64,000 nt of DNA from NCBI GenBank assembly GCA_040384565.1, contig JAZKJC010000001.1, positions 1,457 to 65,456 on the forward strand, written 5' to 3'. The notes under the pieces were generated by a model, which had not been told where the DNA came from, searched no databases, and worked only from the letters and a program-made list of their open reading frames with translations. This document shows, one piece after another, positions 52,656-62,449 of this stretch. Every line of letters begins with the position of its first letter. The first letter of the stretch is position 1. The position numbers were made by a program, and so were the translations under genes. This DNA comes from Patescibacteria group bacterium (GTDB lineage Bacteria > Patescibacteriota > Saccharimonadia > Saccharimonadales > JAZKJC01).

Positions 52656-53939
52656 ATGGTAGAGATCGAAACAATTGATGAAGCCAATGAAGTGCTGGCA
52701 AGTTATGTGCCACTGGCTAAGGATTTGCTTGGCAAGGATATTACGCTTGAGCGCATGTGGCCACTCATGGAGCGCTTAGGGAACCCTCAGAACAGTTTGA
52801 AAGTTGTGCATTTGGCGGGTACATCTGGCAAATCATCAACTGCGTATTATGTGGCGAGTTTGCTGCAACAGGCTGGGCAAAAGGTTGGGCTAACAATTTC
52901 GCCTCATATGGATTCAGTGGCTGAGCGTATCCAGATTGATTTGCATCCACTTGGGGAAAAGCAGTTTTGCCGTGCTTTAAGTGAGTTTCTGGGACTAACC
53001 CAAGGCTTTGAACCTCGACCAAGCTACTTTGAGCTTATGATTGGCTTTGTACTCTGGTTTTTTGCCAAAAATAAAGTGGATTACGCCGTAGTAGAAACAG
53101 GCTTAGGCGGTTTGCATGATGCCACAAATGTCACTAATCTGCCTAACAAAGTGTGTATTATTACCGACATAGGTTTTGACCACATGCATGTGCTGGGTAA
53201 TACCATTAGTGAGATTGCTGCCCAAAAAGCTGGGATTATACACCCAGGAAATCAGGTATTTATGTTTAGCCAGAGCAACGAAATTAATAACGTTATTGGT
53301 AGTTACGCCAGCCAACAAAACGCCCCACTTACTATCAAGCAAGAGCAACTTGCGCGCAAAGAATTAGAAAGCCCCCCCTTGCTTCAACAACTTCCTTTAT
53401 ATCAACAGCGTAACTGGCTACTGGCATATAAAGCCTTTAATTTTATTACCAATCGTGACGGATTGCCTGGACTTAGCCAGCAAGAGCTTGCCAGCAGCAT
53501 AGCAACTAAAGTGCCTGGACGCATGGAAATAGCAAATATCAATGGCAGTACCATCATTATGGATGGCGCGCACAACGCTCCCAAAATGGAAGCGTTTATT
53601 AAGAGTTTTCAGGCTAAGTTTCCTGGCCAAAAAGCAGCTATACTTTTAAGTTTGAAGCAGGGCAAAGAATTCCAGGAAGTCTTACCGCTACTTCGGCCAA
53701 TTGCCGCGCATCTAATACTCACCACATTTAGCTCCAGCCAAGATTTACCCACTGGTCCGATTGAACCTGAGATTTTGGCCAAGACTGCTGAAAAAGCAGG
53801 TATACCTAATATAAATATTGAGCCTGACCAGAAACTCGCCTATCAACAACTAATGGACACGCCTGAAGATATTAAAATAATAACCGGATCATTCTACCTG
53901 CTCAGCCAGATTCGTCGCATCGCATTTAGCGCATATTGA
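52656..53939 (+). CDS. folC: folylpolyglutamate synthase/dihydrofolate synthase (Mur ligase family)
   Basis: VVHLAGTSGKSST P-loop, VVETGLGG, DGAHN, 427 aa. Confidence 0.85.
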   Translation: MVEIETIDEANEVLASYVPLAKDLLGKDITLERMWPLMERLGNPQNSLKVVHLAGTSGKSSTAYYVASLLQQAGQKVGLTISPHMDSVAERIQIDLHPLGEKQFCRALSEFLGLTQGFEPRPSYFELMIGFVLWFFAKNKVDYAVVETGLGGLHDATNVTNLPNKVCIITDIGFDHMHVLGNTISEIAAQKAGIIHPGNQVFMFSQSNEINNVIGSYASQQNAPLTIKQEQLARKELESPPLLQQLPLYQQRNWLLAYKAFNFITNRDGLPGLSQQELASSIATKVPGRMEIANINGSTIIMDGAHNAPKMEAFIKSFQAKFPGQKAAILLSLKQGKEFQEVLPLLRPIAAHLILTTFSSSQDLPTGPIEPEILAKTAEKAGIPNINIEPDQKLAYQQLMDTPEDIKIITGSFYLLSQIRRIAFSAY

Positions 53940-53992
53940 GCTGAGGGACAAATATAACCAAGTTATAGCTGATTTCTTGAACAAAGTTTAAA

Positions 53993-54508
53993 TTATTGCC
54001 GAAAACTTGCCGATGCGGCCGCATATAGTTCAGCATGAAAATCAGCCGGCGGATTAATAAGATCAACGTCTTTCTGATTTTCGGGATTATAATTTGGAAA
54101 TCCAAGTGCTCCAAAAACTGCCCCATCTGATATAACGAAGTGAGTTATTCCAGGTGGGATTAATTCTATATCACCTTTTTTCATAGGAATTTCTTCTAAA
54201 CCCCTTGCAAGCACAGCTTCACCTTCTAGAAGGATGACCGAATCCCACTCATCATCATCGTGATAGTGGGCGGTGCTGACTGGTGTTGCACGGGCATCAA
54301 CAATCGCAAGATCACCGATAAACTCATCAGATGGCTCGACCAGGTAAATATCTCCATCAGGCGTAACTTCATCCGGGTCTCTTTGAAGTACACTGGCAAG
54401 ATCCAGTTCAGCCAACCTAGCTGCAGCTGCGTTTACGGCAGCTTCTGCTAGGATTCGATCATTAGAAGTGGCTTCTGGTTTGGGAGCTCGGTGGTGAAAA
54501 GCGGGCAT
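53993..54508 (-). CDS. cupin-domain protein
   Basis: HYHDDDEWDSVILLEGEA and GDIELIPPGITHFV match the two cupin motifs. Confidence 0.55.
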   Translation of the reverse strand: MPAFHHRAPKPEATSNDRILAEAAVNAAAARLAELDLASVLQRDPDEVTPDGDIYLVEPSDEFIGDLAIVDARATPVSTAHYHDDDEWDSVILLEGEAVLARGLEEIPMKKGDIELIPPGITHFVISDGAVFGALGFPNYNPENQKDVDLINPPADFHAELYAAASASFRQ

Positions 54509-54597
54509 GTGAGTATATTACCATACAAACTGATTTATTGGGCAATTATACCCTCAGACCATAATGAAACAGCCTGTCAGTAAGCTATACTTAAACG

Positions 54598-54753
54598 ATG
54601 GATAAGAAACTTCCGAAACCAAAGAAAAAAGATCGTGATTGGCAAGCCAAAATAGCTAGAAACATAGAAAATGAGAAAGTGCGACTTGACGATCCTTTGG
54701 GTAAGGAACAATTCAAGAAAGTCATCAGTAAAATTTCTAAAAAGAATAGTTAA
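54598..54753 (+). CDS. possible 51-aa basic protein (below the ORF-track cutoff)
   Basis: My translation is MDKKLPKPKKKDRDWQAKIARNIENEKVRLDDPLGKEQFKKVISKISKKNS. Confidence 0.35.
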   Translation: MDKKLPKPKKKDRDWQAKIARNIENEKVRLDDPLGKEQFKKVISKISKKNS

Positions 54754-54795
54754 CCAGATTCTTAGTCTTGGTTTTTAAACTGATATAATCGTGCC

Positions 54796-55317
54796 ATGGC
54801 TAAGACCAAACAAAAGCAAAAAAGTCAAAAAAAGTTTGTGCTTAATCGTACTGCGTTAATAGCTGGTTCAGTATTGCTTATCTTGGCATTATCGCTAGCT
54901 GTCTATATAGGCCGACATTCCAAAACCTCAGTTACAAACGAGCAATCTGCACCTACTAACATTAAAGAGAGTACGAACACAAGTCTGACAAATCCTGCCG
55001 TAGCAGAAGCAAAAGCTAAGGCTGATGAGTATTTTGAAGCTGCAAGCAATTGTGATTTAGAAAGAGCAAACTCACTTCGACTCTTGCCAAAGAACATTAC
55101 CCTGAGCAAGGAAGAATGTCAGAAAGAGTGCCCCGGTGGGTTAACATACAAGTACCTGAAACCTGTTTCATACAACAGTTCAGAGTCTGGCGGCGTGACC
55201 ACAGAGTTTGCAGCATTTGATTACGTCTTTGGATGTGGTGATAAAACGTATCCAACGCTTATGCAGATGGTTCGTTCCTCAGACGATAAGAGTTGGCTTG
55301 TGTTTAATAGTTTCTGA
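54796..55317 (+). CDS. membrane-anchored or secreted protein of unknown function
   Basis: Basic N-terminus plus a TM helix (TALIAGSVLLILALSLAVYI). Four Cys residues. Confidence 0.5.
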   Translation: MAKTKQKQKSQKKFVLNRTALIAGSVLLILALSLAVYIGRHSKTSVTNEQSAPTNIKESTNTSLTNPAVAEAKAKADEYFEAASNCDLERANSLRLLPKNITLSKEECQKECPGGLTYKYLKPVSYNSSESGGVTTEFAAFDYVFGCGDKTYPTLMQMVRSSDDKSWLVFNSF

Positions 55318-55329
55318 TAAGATAGAGTC

Positions 55330-56049
55330 ATGAAAAATCAAGAAGGATTTAGTGCAGTAGCTGTTGTTTTAGCATTGATTCTTCTGAGTGCAGTTGGTTT
55401 CGCAGGATGGCGCATTTATAAAACGACTGCTCAGAATCAGCGAGAAACACCTACAAATAATCAACGCACTTCAGCTTACGTATTTGAACCTGTAAAGCTT
55501 GATACAAGTAAGTGGTTAGGTTACGAACCATTTCAAGGCTTTACCCTCAAATACCCTAGTGATTGGAACGTTAAAGACACCGGAGAGTTTGACACAACCC
55601 AGATGCGTACATCTGGGCTAATATCTGATACAAGCACAGTCTCCGTGACCTCAAAAGCCACATATTTTTTCTCTAAAGATCTTGAAATCACTGCGGATGA
55701 GAATGGATATAGACAAGCGAAAGAAACCGGAGAAGTTAGTAAAGGCTCTAGGATTAGTTTAAATATTAGGTCACGTGGTGCAGACAAGACTGATCCAAGT
55801 GCTGAAAAAACCTGTTCAGCATATCCACATCAACAAACTGAGATTTTGAATTTTAACACCTACAAAGTTTGCCAAGTCCAAATTGCTAACGATAATAAAA
55901 CAGAAGTTTACGGCTATGATCTAATAACTGGCACCAGTAAAGTGTCATATTATCTAGCAATTAGCTTTAACCCTAAATCGACATCTGAGGAAAAGAATTA
56001 TTTTGTCTCAGTTGCTCGTGAGGTTGTTGCCAGTTATAAACTATACTAA
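55330..56049 (+). CDS. membrane-anchored or secreted protein; the N-terminus is weakly prepilin-like
   Basis: MKNQEGFSAVAVVLALILLSAVGF resembles a G/F prepilin site but lacks the Glu at +5. Confidence 0.5.
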   Translation: MKNQEGFSAVAVVLALILLSAVGFAGWRIYKTTAQNQRETPTNNQRTSAYVFEPVKLDTSKWLGYEPFQGFTLKYPSDWNVKDTGEFDTTQMRTSGLISDTSTVSVTSKATYFFSKDLEITADENGYRQAKETGEVSKGSRISLNIRSRGADKTDPSAEKTCSAYPHQQTEILNFNTYKVCQVQIANDNKTEVYGYDLITGTSKVSYYLAISFNPKSTSEEKNYFVSVAREVVASYKLY

Positions 56050-56076
56050 CTAGCCAACTCCCAACCGGTAAGCCGT

Positions 56077-56928
56077 TTACGGAGTTACGAATAGGGATTT
56101 AAGTGTCTCTTTAATCGGATCGTCATACGGATCAACCTTGAGCCATAGCTTTTCAGTAGGTTTGGTGGCTGCCACAAACTGTTCGCAGGTAGTGGTAGCA
56201 CACACGACCTCATAGACGCCGTATTCGTCTAGCATGCGCTTCATGTGGCGGTTGAGTTTCTTCTGTGTTCTGTCGGTTTCGCAAATAGCTAAAACGGCTG
56301 GAAAGTCAGTATCTTCTAACCAATCCCCGCTCTCGCTGAACTTTAGGTAATTGCTAGCTTTACGAATACTCACAAAAAATGGCTTGGTGCTGTCCCATAT
56401 GTCCAGGAAATAACCATGTGGTTGCTCTTGGCCACTTACAGGCAATGTCAGGTACAAATCAGGCGTCCAGGTTGGGTAGTTGTTGTACTGCACCATGTAA
56501 CTCTTGGTATAGACGCTGAGCTTATCTCCATATAGGGATTTCAGCTGTAGAATCGTTTCAGTAACTTTTAAACAATGATCTAAGAAATCCTGGGATACTC
56601 GCTTGTTCTTGTAAAGTGACCGAATAGCCCATGCATTGGTAGATTTTGGTTTCAATTCCTCGAGTTTGCGAGCACCTTTTGGTGTTAGGTAGTACTCGGC
56701 CGGTCGGGCTGGTAGCTTGTAAGACTTATCGTAGCGTTTACTAATGAAGCCTTGTTCTTCAAGTATTCTCATCTTGGTATAGATAACGTTAAGACTGTCT
56801 CTACGTAAATAGCTACCGACTTGCTGACAGGTACTGAACCGAACGTTGTATAGCCAATTCAGCACGCTTACTTGCTCAGTATTCAATGGTCTACGGTACT
56901 TAACTGTTGCTTTACTTATAGTTTGCAT
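56077..56928 (-). CDS. replication-relaxation (Replic_Relax)-like protein
   Basis: N-terminal winged-helix-like LNTEQVSVLNWLYNVRFSTCQQVGSYL...MRILEEQGFISKRY is typical of the family. 283 aa. Confidence 0.5.
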   Translation of the reverse strand: MQTISKATVKYRRPLNTEQVSVLNWLYNVRFSTCQQVGSYLRRDSLNVIYTKMRILEEQGFISKRYDKSYKLPARPAEYYLTPKGARKLEELKPKSTNAWAIRSLYKNKRVSQDFLDHCLKVTETILQLKSLYGDKLSVYTKSYMVQYNNYPTWTPDLYLTLPVSGQEQPHGYFLDIWDSTKPFFVSIRKASNYLKFSESGDWLEDTDFPAVLAICETDRTQKKLNRHMKRMLDEYGVYEVVCATTTCEQFVAATKPTEKLWLKVDPYDDPIKETLKSLFVTP

Positions 56929-57122
56929 AGACTAAAACCTAAACACATATCTAATCTATCTACATTCCAAACATAACACCAAACTCACCACTAACCATGT
57001 GCACTATGCTGATTCAAATCTTCTTCTCTATATTTATATAGAAAAAGGAGAGGAAGAGAAAAGAAGAAAATATAGAGGTAGTATAGATGAGATAGATAGG
57101 ATTACGGTGGAATAGCCTGCAA

Positions 57123-57971
57123 TTAGGACGAAAGTAGTCGTTTGAGCACTAGGTTGAACATAGGTATGTCATTTTTACGATTGCTGTAGCGGAAAGCATA
57201 TTCATTTGCATAGTGTTGCAAGTAGGCAGGATCACAGTGCCGGTAGACACCGTACATGCCTCGCTTAAACTGGCTCCAGAAGTTTTCAACATTCTGGGTG
57301 TGTACTCTGCCAACTACAAACTTCTTCAGGCTATGATTAATGGTCTCGTGCTGGTAGCCTCTGCGTCCAAGCATTCTATATGCACCATGCTCGTCACTAT
57401 AGATGGTGGCTGCTTGGCCAATATTCTTTTGGATTTCCGGAATCAGAATGCGTACACCAGAGCTTTTAACGTGCTTAATCCTAGCCCTGCCGCCACGTTC
57501 AACCATACCAAAAATTACTTGGCTGTTGTGGGGCTTTGCGGTGCTCCGTCTTTGTGGATTGGGATGCATGTAGGCTTCGTCTACTTCAACGTCATTATTG
57601 AGTAATTCATTGTCGTCTCCCATCATGAGACGAACTTGTTTGAAGATCCGCCAAGCAGTTTTGTAGGTGACGCCACTGATACGTTGGAATTGCAGAGCAG
57701 ACATGCCGGAACGGGTATTTGTCATGAAGAAGATAGCTAAGAACCAAGTTCGTAAGTCAGTCGTAGATTTATGAAATGGGGTGTTTGCTAATGGGTAGAT
57801 CTGAGCGCCACACTGGCATTGGTAGGCTGGTCGGTTTGGTAGCTTATGAAAGCCATCTATGAGGCCACAGGTCATACAGGGCTTGGCGCTGTAGTGCATT
57901 TGCCATAAGTAGTCTAAACAGTGGTCACTGGTGGGAAACTGTTCGTTAAACTGCGTCATGGTGAACTTCAT
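57123..57971 (-). mobile_element. IS1595-family (ISXO2-like) DDE transposase gene; IS ends not identified
   Basis: N-terminal zinc ribbon (CMTCG...CQCG), VEVDEAYM, IYSDEHGAY, HTQNVENFWSQFKRGMYGVY. 282 aa. Confidence 0.8.
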
Positions 57972-58104
57972 ATCTACAGTCTACACCGATGTTATTATGG
58001 TGTCAAGGGATAATTGCCATTTATTGCAAGGGTTTTGCAAAAAACTCTGGTATATATTTAGCAATAGGTTTATAACTATTGATGTAAAGTAACTTCAAAG
58101 AAAA

Positions 58105-58338
58105 ATGGTTTTTTCGATAGAAACAGTTACAGCAGTAGGGACCCATCTTGAATGGTGGATACAATTTCAAGAGAGGTTGGGCAATAATGAAGTGGCTGAT
58201 GCTGCAAGAGAATTTCTAGCTTCTTTAGGGGCGCTAAGTATTGTGGCGTCTGAGTCAGAAACTATACCTAGAGCAGTGCAGGAAGCAGGAGTGCTTACAT
58301 TTAGTACTGCGGAACATCCCACACTGTCAGCGGCCTGA
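58105..58338 (+). CDS. hypothetical small protein
   Basis: 77-aa ORF with no recognisable motif. An antisense ORF of similar size overlaps it. Confidence 0.3.
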   Translation: MVFSIETVTAVGTHLEWWIQFQERLGNNEVADAAREFLASLGALSIVASESETIPRAVQEAGVLTFSTAEHPTLSAA

Positions 58339-58566
58339 AAACTACTGCAACGGCAATTCATCGCTCAGTTCTAATAATCTGCCAGTTTTTGATTTAGAAA
58401 GAAACGGTGTATACCCGCTGTTACATTCAATCGACCCGTAACATGGGGGGGACCAAAGAGGCCAGTCTAATGGTATCCCACAACTACATGTATAGTAAGC
58501 CGAATAGCAAGTTGATAACGGAAACAATATTTTACACCGCTTTTCCCAGAGCAGATCAGTTGAAAC

Positions 58567-59382
58567 TCATCTGATGCGGTAACCTTTACGCATTAGCCAA
58601 AAAAAGGCTCTTTCCGGAAGGAGTTTGCGCAAGCTTAATAGCAGAGGAGCAGGTGAACCAACAACATAACGTAGCTTTGTGCTGTTGTCGTTAGCAGCCT
58701 TTAAAATAGTCTTGGCTACAAGCTCTGGTGCTTCACCTGTGGCACCAGAACTTTTTGATGTTGATTCGACTTGGCTTATAAAAGCATTATAGCCAAGGCT
58801 TTGGGGAGGCTTAACGTTAGTGCCACTTTTGCCGTAAAATTCCGTTTTAATTACGCCCGGCTCGATTATTTTGATGCGGATTCCAAATTGTTCCAACTCA
58901 TATTGTAACGATTCAGAAAAACCTTCAACCGCCCATTTGCTGGCGTGGTATGCGCTGTATAAAGGAAAAGTCAGACGCCCACCCATAGAAGCCACTTGTA
59001 TAATTGTCCCGTGTTTTGCTGGGCGCATAACTTTGATTGCCTCACGAGTTACGCTCATGAGCCCAAATACATTAGTATCAAACTGCTGGCGAATTTGTTG
59101 CTCGCTCGTCGCTTCAAATACACCATCCAGGGCATAGCCAGCATTGTTTGCCACTACGTCTATCGCCTTAAAATCTCGCATAACGGCTGTAAACGAACTC
59201 TCAATACTTTTTTTATTTGTAACGTCCAATTTATAGACCTTAACGTTTGGCCATTTACTGAACACATTCGGATCACCACTCCTTGATGTTGCGGCTACTT
59301 GCCAGCCTGCCTGGGCAAATGCTTCTACTGTAGCCTTGCCTATACCGCCGGAAGACCCTGTAACTAGAACTGTTTTTGCCAT
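58567..59382 (-). CDS. SDR-family oxidoreductase
   Basis: MAKTVLVTGSSGGIGKAT (TGxxxGxG), NNAG, YHASK (YxxxK). The internal ATG at 59382 is preferred over 59499. Confidence 0.85.
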   Translation of the reverse strand: MAKTVLVTGSSGGIGKATVEAFAQAGWQVAATSRSGDPNVFSKWPNVKVYKLDVTNKKSIESSFTAVMRDFKAIDVVANNAGYALDGVFEATSEQQIRQQFDTNVFGLMSVTREAIKVMRPAKHGTIIQVASMGGRLTFPLYSAYHASKWAVEGFSESLQYELEQFGIRIKIIEPGVIKTEFYGKSGTNVKPPQSLGYNAFISQVESTSKSSGATGEAPELVAKTILKAANDNSTKLRYVVGSPAPLLLSLRKLLPERAFFWLMRKGYRIR

Positions 59383-59468
59383 TGCTTCACTATAACAGAA
59401 CAACTTAGGAGACATTCCGAAATAAGTAGAGCTGTCCAAAAGTGCTGTTTTTTGGATGTCTCCTAAAG

Positions 59469-60833
59469 CTACGTCACAAGTACTTGTGATAGCAGCCACA
59501 GCGTCATGATAGTGTAGCCTAACATTAGAATTACCATTGGATACTGGCTTCTGTTAACATCTCGTTCGGTTTTAAATGTACGCAAGGCTATAACATGCGC
59601 AAACCAAACTCCAACTACATGCGCCAGCACAACAAAGCTTATTTCAATAAACCATACGGTTTTAGCCCCAAGCAGAAGAGGAGTTTTAGCTAGTGAGGTT
59701 GTTCCAAACAAGTTCCACCCCCATCCGAACGGATCGGATAAAACAGCCAACATGGCAGGGAGGCTTGTTATAAAAAGAGAGAAATTGTGTGCCAGCGTAT
59801 ATCCAAACGCAATCGGCAAAAGTGACCACGCAAAACGCCGAGCAAGTATTTGCCAGCTATAAGTACTGCCAGTTAGCTTTTGCATTATTCTTATTGCAAT
59901 CACAAAGCTGATCAAAAACGGCAATGGCGCAATTATGATTCCAGCGGTATTTGCCAATGTCATACCAGTGTTGCTGTTTATTCCTATAACTCTTAATATA
60001 TTTGACCATAGCACTGTTTCGCGGACACTATCAAAGCTGGCACCGGCAAGTAGCACGCTTGCAAGTAGCAAAGTTGCCTTAGAAGCCGGCTTATTAGCTA
60101 CTTTTCGCGCGGGCTTGGCTATAATAAGTGTTTTGGCATCTTTGCCAATGTTGATATAAGCCAGCTTGCCAACAGTATTAAACAAGGCAGCAAACACCTC
60201 ACCTTTGCTCAGCCAGTCTTTGTAAACGGTTGCAAGATAAGGATTTAGTAGGCTATAGACTAGCAACACTCCACCGACGTACATAGGCACATACGAAACG
60301 CCAGATATTAATTCCCACCAAAACAACAACAGCAATAATGTGGCGGGCAGCCACCATGGAATAGTTTTGATTGGGCCTTTTGGACCAGCCTTTAATTTTA
60401 ATAAATTGCTTATGGTTTTAAACGGGCTAATATATTGCCAGCTATTGCCAACCAGGATGCTAAGTAGCGAAAAGCCAATCAGAAAAAACACCCAGAAATA
60501 GACTGGCCCAAAGTTTGTGGATACTTGCTGTTCACCAAATATTCCAGCAGTGACTATTAGCAGTAAAAGCCCTAAAGTCAGAGCCTTTAAGGTAAGTAGA
60601 GCCTTGGGTAGCCAAGCGGCATTTATACGCCGCTCAACGTTTTTAAGGTCGCCTCGTTTGTTTAGAAACAGGGCAAACAAAAAGAATGAAACTGCAACTG
60701 CTATAGCTGAGCCTAACAAGTAATACTGGATAGGCACCGGCAGGGCATAATATTCGCCAATACCATGGGCATATGCGTGACCGCTCATCATAAACCAAAC
60801 TCCGCTAGTAATAGCTAGCAAATATCTTTTCAC
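59469..60833 (-). CDS. polytopic membrane protein of unknown function with a signal peptide
   Basis: 454 aa with about 11 TM helices. N-terminus ...SGHAYAHG. Overlaps the upstream cupredoxin-like gene by 1 nt. Confidence 0.6.
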   Translation of the reverse strand: MKRYLLAITSGVWFMMSGHAYAHGIGEYYALPVPIQYYLLGSAIAVAVSFFLFALFLNKRGDLKNVERRINAAWLPKALLTLKALTLGLLLLIVTAGIFGEQQVSTNFGPVYFWVFFLIGFSLLSILVGNSWQYISPFKTISNLLKLKAGPKGPIKTIPWWLPATLLLLLFWWELISGVSYVPMYVGGVLLVYSLLNPYLATVYKDWLSKGEVFAALFNTVGKLAYINIGKDAKTLIIAKPARKVANKPASKATLLLASVLLAGASFDSVRETVLWSNILRVIGINSNTGMTLANTAGIIIAPLPFLISFVIAIRIMQKLTGSTYSWQILARRFAWSLLPIAFGYTLAHNFSLFITSLPAMLAVLSDPFGWGWNLFGTTSLAKTPLLLGAKTVWFIEISFVVLAHVVGVWFAHVIALRTFKTERDVNRSQYPMVILMLGYTIMTLWLLSQVLVT

Positions 60834-61228
60834 TAAGGATAAACCTCAAATATAGCCAGTTGTTGTTCGGCTGTTTCTGTCTCTAGCTCAAAACGGCCTG
60901 TTTTGTCTGCCGTAAACTCTAAAGTAGCTACTTTACCAGCCTCTAGATCCGTAAGGATGTCGTAACCATGCAAATGGGCTTGGTCATTTACTTGACTGGT
61001 AAGTTTGACTATAACTTTTCGGTATTGCTTAACACGAATAGTTTTAATTTCTGTACTTGGTACTGCAATATCAACTTCTATAGTTTCCACAGAGCCGTTT
61101 GTGCTTGCAGGTGAGGCTGAGTCGCTGGTAGGTTTACTGTCCGATCTGCTGATGCTGATGAAAGCAAAATAGCCAATTGCTAATACTACGGCACCGGCCA
61201 GAACTAATATAATAGATTGTTTTTTCAT
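60833..61228 (-). CDS. membrane-anchored cupredoxin-like domain protein (tentative)
   Basis: N-terminal TM helix. IKTIRVKQYRKVIVKLTSQVNDQAHLHGYD...ATLEFTADKTGRFELE resembles single-domain cupredoxin-like proteins. Confidence 0.45.
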   Translation of the reverse strand: MKKQSIILVLAGAVVLAIGYFAFISISRSDSKPTSDSASPASTNGSVETIEVDIAVPSTEIKTIRVKQYRKVIVKLTSQVNDQAHLHGYDILTDLEAGKVATLEFTADKTGRFELETETAEQQLAIFEVYP

Positions 61229-61308
61229 GATTTCCTTATTGTTCCGTGCGAATTATAACAAAAAGATGCTATCGCGATTACTATTCGGGTAAATCGATTA
61301 CCTCTAAG

Positions 61309-61686
61309 TTACCATTCACCAGAAACGCAAAGGATATTTCTTTCGCTGTCATTGAACCAAGCAACCTTGTTCGCACCGAACTTATAAATACCATTTCCTA
61401 GATCACTATATCCGGGCATGTTGTATCGGTCGAACTTAACCCCATTGGCTAGTAGTTCAGCCGTTGTTTTATCAAAATCCACCACAGTAAACCAGGCCAC
61501 TGTGTGATCGCTATTAGTCCTTGGCCGAAGATATAAAGCCACGGCTTTTTTGGAACCTGCCTCCATTCTGATACCGTTAGGAAATGGTTTGCCACGTTTA
61601 AGACCGAGTACGTTTGCGTAGAAATTAGTTGCACGGTTCAAGTTATCTACAGGAATTGTAGCCATTACCATTCCTTTGCCAAACAT
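61309..61686 (-). CDS. VOC (glyoxalase/bleomycin-resistance) family protein
   Basis: IPVDNLNRATNFYANVLGLK N-terminal beta-alpha-beta-beta-beta module. 125 aa. Confidence 0.7.
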   Translation of the reverse strand: MFGKGMVMATIPVDNLNRATNFYANVLGLKRGKPFPNGIRMEAGSKKAVALYLRPRTNSDHTVAWFTVVDFDKTTAELLANGVKFDRYNMPGYSDLGNGIYKFGANKVAWFNDSERNILCVSGEW

Positions 61687-61890
61687 AGTACCCTCCTCAC
61701 AGCTTTCCAGCTTAAGCGTAGCATAAATGGCTTATGTTCGCCATTGATGTCTTTCAAGATGGAAAAACTTCGATTGAAAAATAACAGGCTATATACAAAC
61801 TTCACCTCATTTGTAAAATTAATCATTAGGCGTGGTTATAGCGTTTATTATTGGAGGGCCATGTTGTCGCTATCACAGCTAAAATTATGG

Positions 61891-61919
61891 TTGACGTCTA
61901 GACGTTAAAGCGCTAAACT
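61891..61919 (+). promoter_or_regulatory. relBE-2 promoter with embedded operator palindrome
   Basis: TTGACG (61891-61896), 17-nt spacer, TAAACT (61914-61919). Palindrome ACGTCTAGACGT at 61894-61905. The ATG is 7 nt after the -10. Confidence 0.6.
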
Positions 61920-61926
61920 GTTTATT

Positions 61927-62160
61927 ATGAGTATAAATGATTCAAAAACCACATTATATTTAAGTCCGAGTGTCCGCAGAGCACTAAAGAAGAGGGTTGT
62001 AGATACTAATCAGACTATGTCCGAATATGTAGATCGCGCAGTTGCTTATGCCATAGCCGAAGACCTTGAAGATATCGAGGCTCTCGAAGAACGCCGAAAT
62101 GAACCAACGGAATCATTGGATGATTTCTTAAAGGCTATTAAAGCTGATGGCCTTATATAA
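61927..62160 (+). CDS. relB: RHH-type antitoxin (RelB/CopG-like), paralog 2
   Basis: KTTLYLSPSVRRALKKRVVDTNQTMSEYV parallels the 49598 protein. 77 aa. Confidence 0.7.
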   Translation: MSINDSKTTLYLSPSVRRALKKRVVDTNQTMSEYVDRAVAYAIAEDLEDIEALEERRNEPTESLDDFLKAIKADGLI

Positions 62161-62410
62161 AGTAGAGATTACTAAAAAAGTACGTAAAAAAGATCTACCA
62201 GCAATACCGCCCAAAGATGTTAGCCGAATTGTTGAAAGAATAAAGAAACTAGCTGACAATCTTTACCCTGCAGATTCCACAAGGTTTAAAGGACGATTAG
62301 AATATAGGATCAGACAGGGTGATTACAGAATTCTGTATTTAGTAGAAGAAGAAATTATAACTGTTTTCGTAATAAAAGTTGGTCATAGAAAGACAAAGAA
62401 GACTACTTAA
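62147..62410 (+). CDS. relE: RelE/ParE-family toxin, paralog 2
   Basis: YKVEITKKVRKKDLPAIP...YRIRQGDYRILYLV...VIKVGHRK. 87 aa. Confidence 0.8.
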   Translation: MALYKVEITKKVRKKDLPAIPPKDVSRIVERIKKLADNLYPADSTRFKGRLEYRIRQGDYRILYLVEEEIITVFVIKVGHRKTKKTT

Positions 62411-62449
62411 TGTCGACTGTTACCTAACGCCTCTATTTTTACTCGTCTT

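Noticed and set aside
57040-58104. Looked for terminal inverted repeats and target-site duplications of the IS1595-type element
   Set aside because: Only a 7-nt match (GCAATTA) is shared between the flanks, which is not convincing. The element ends are left undefined.
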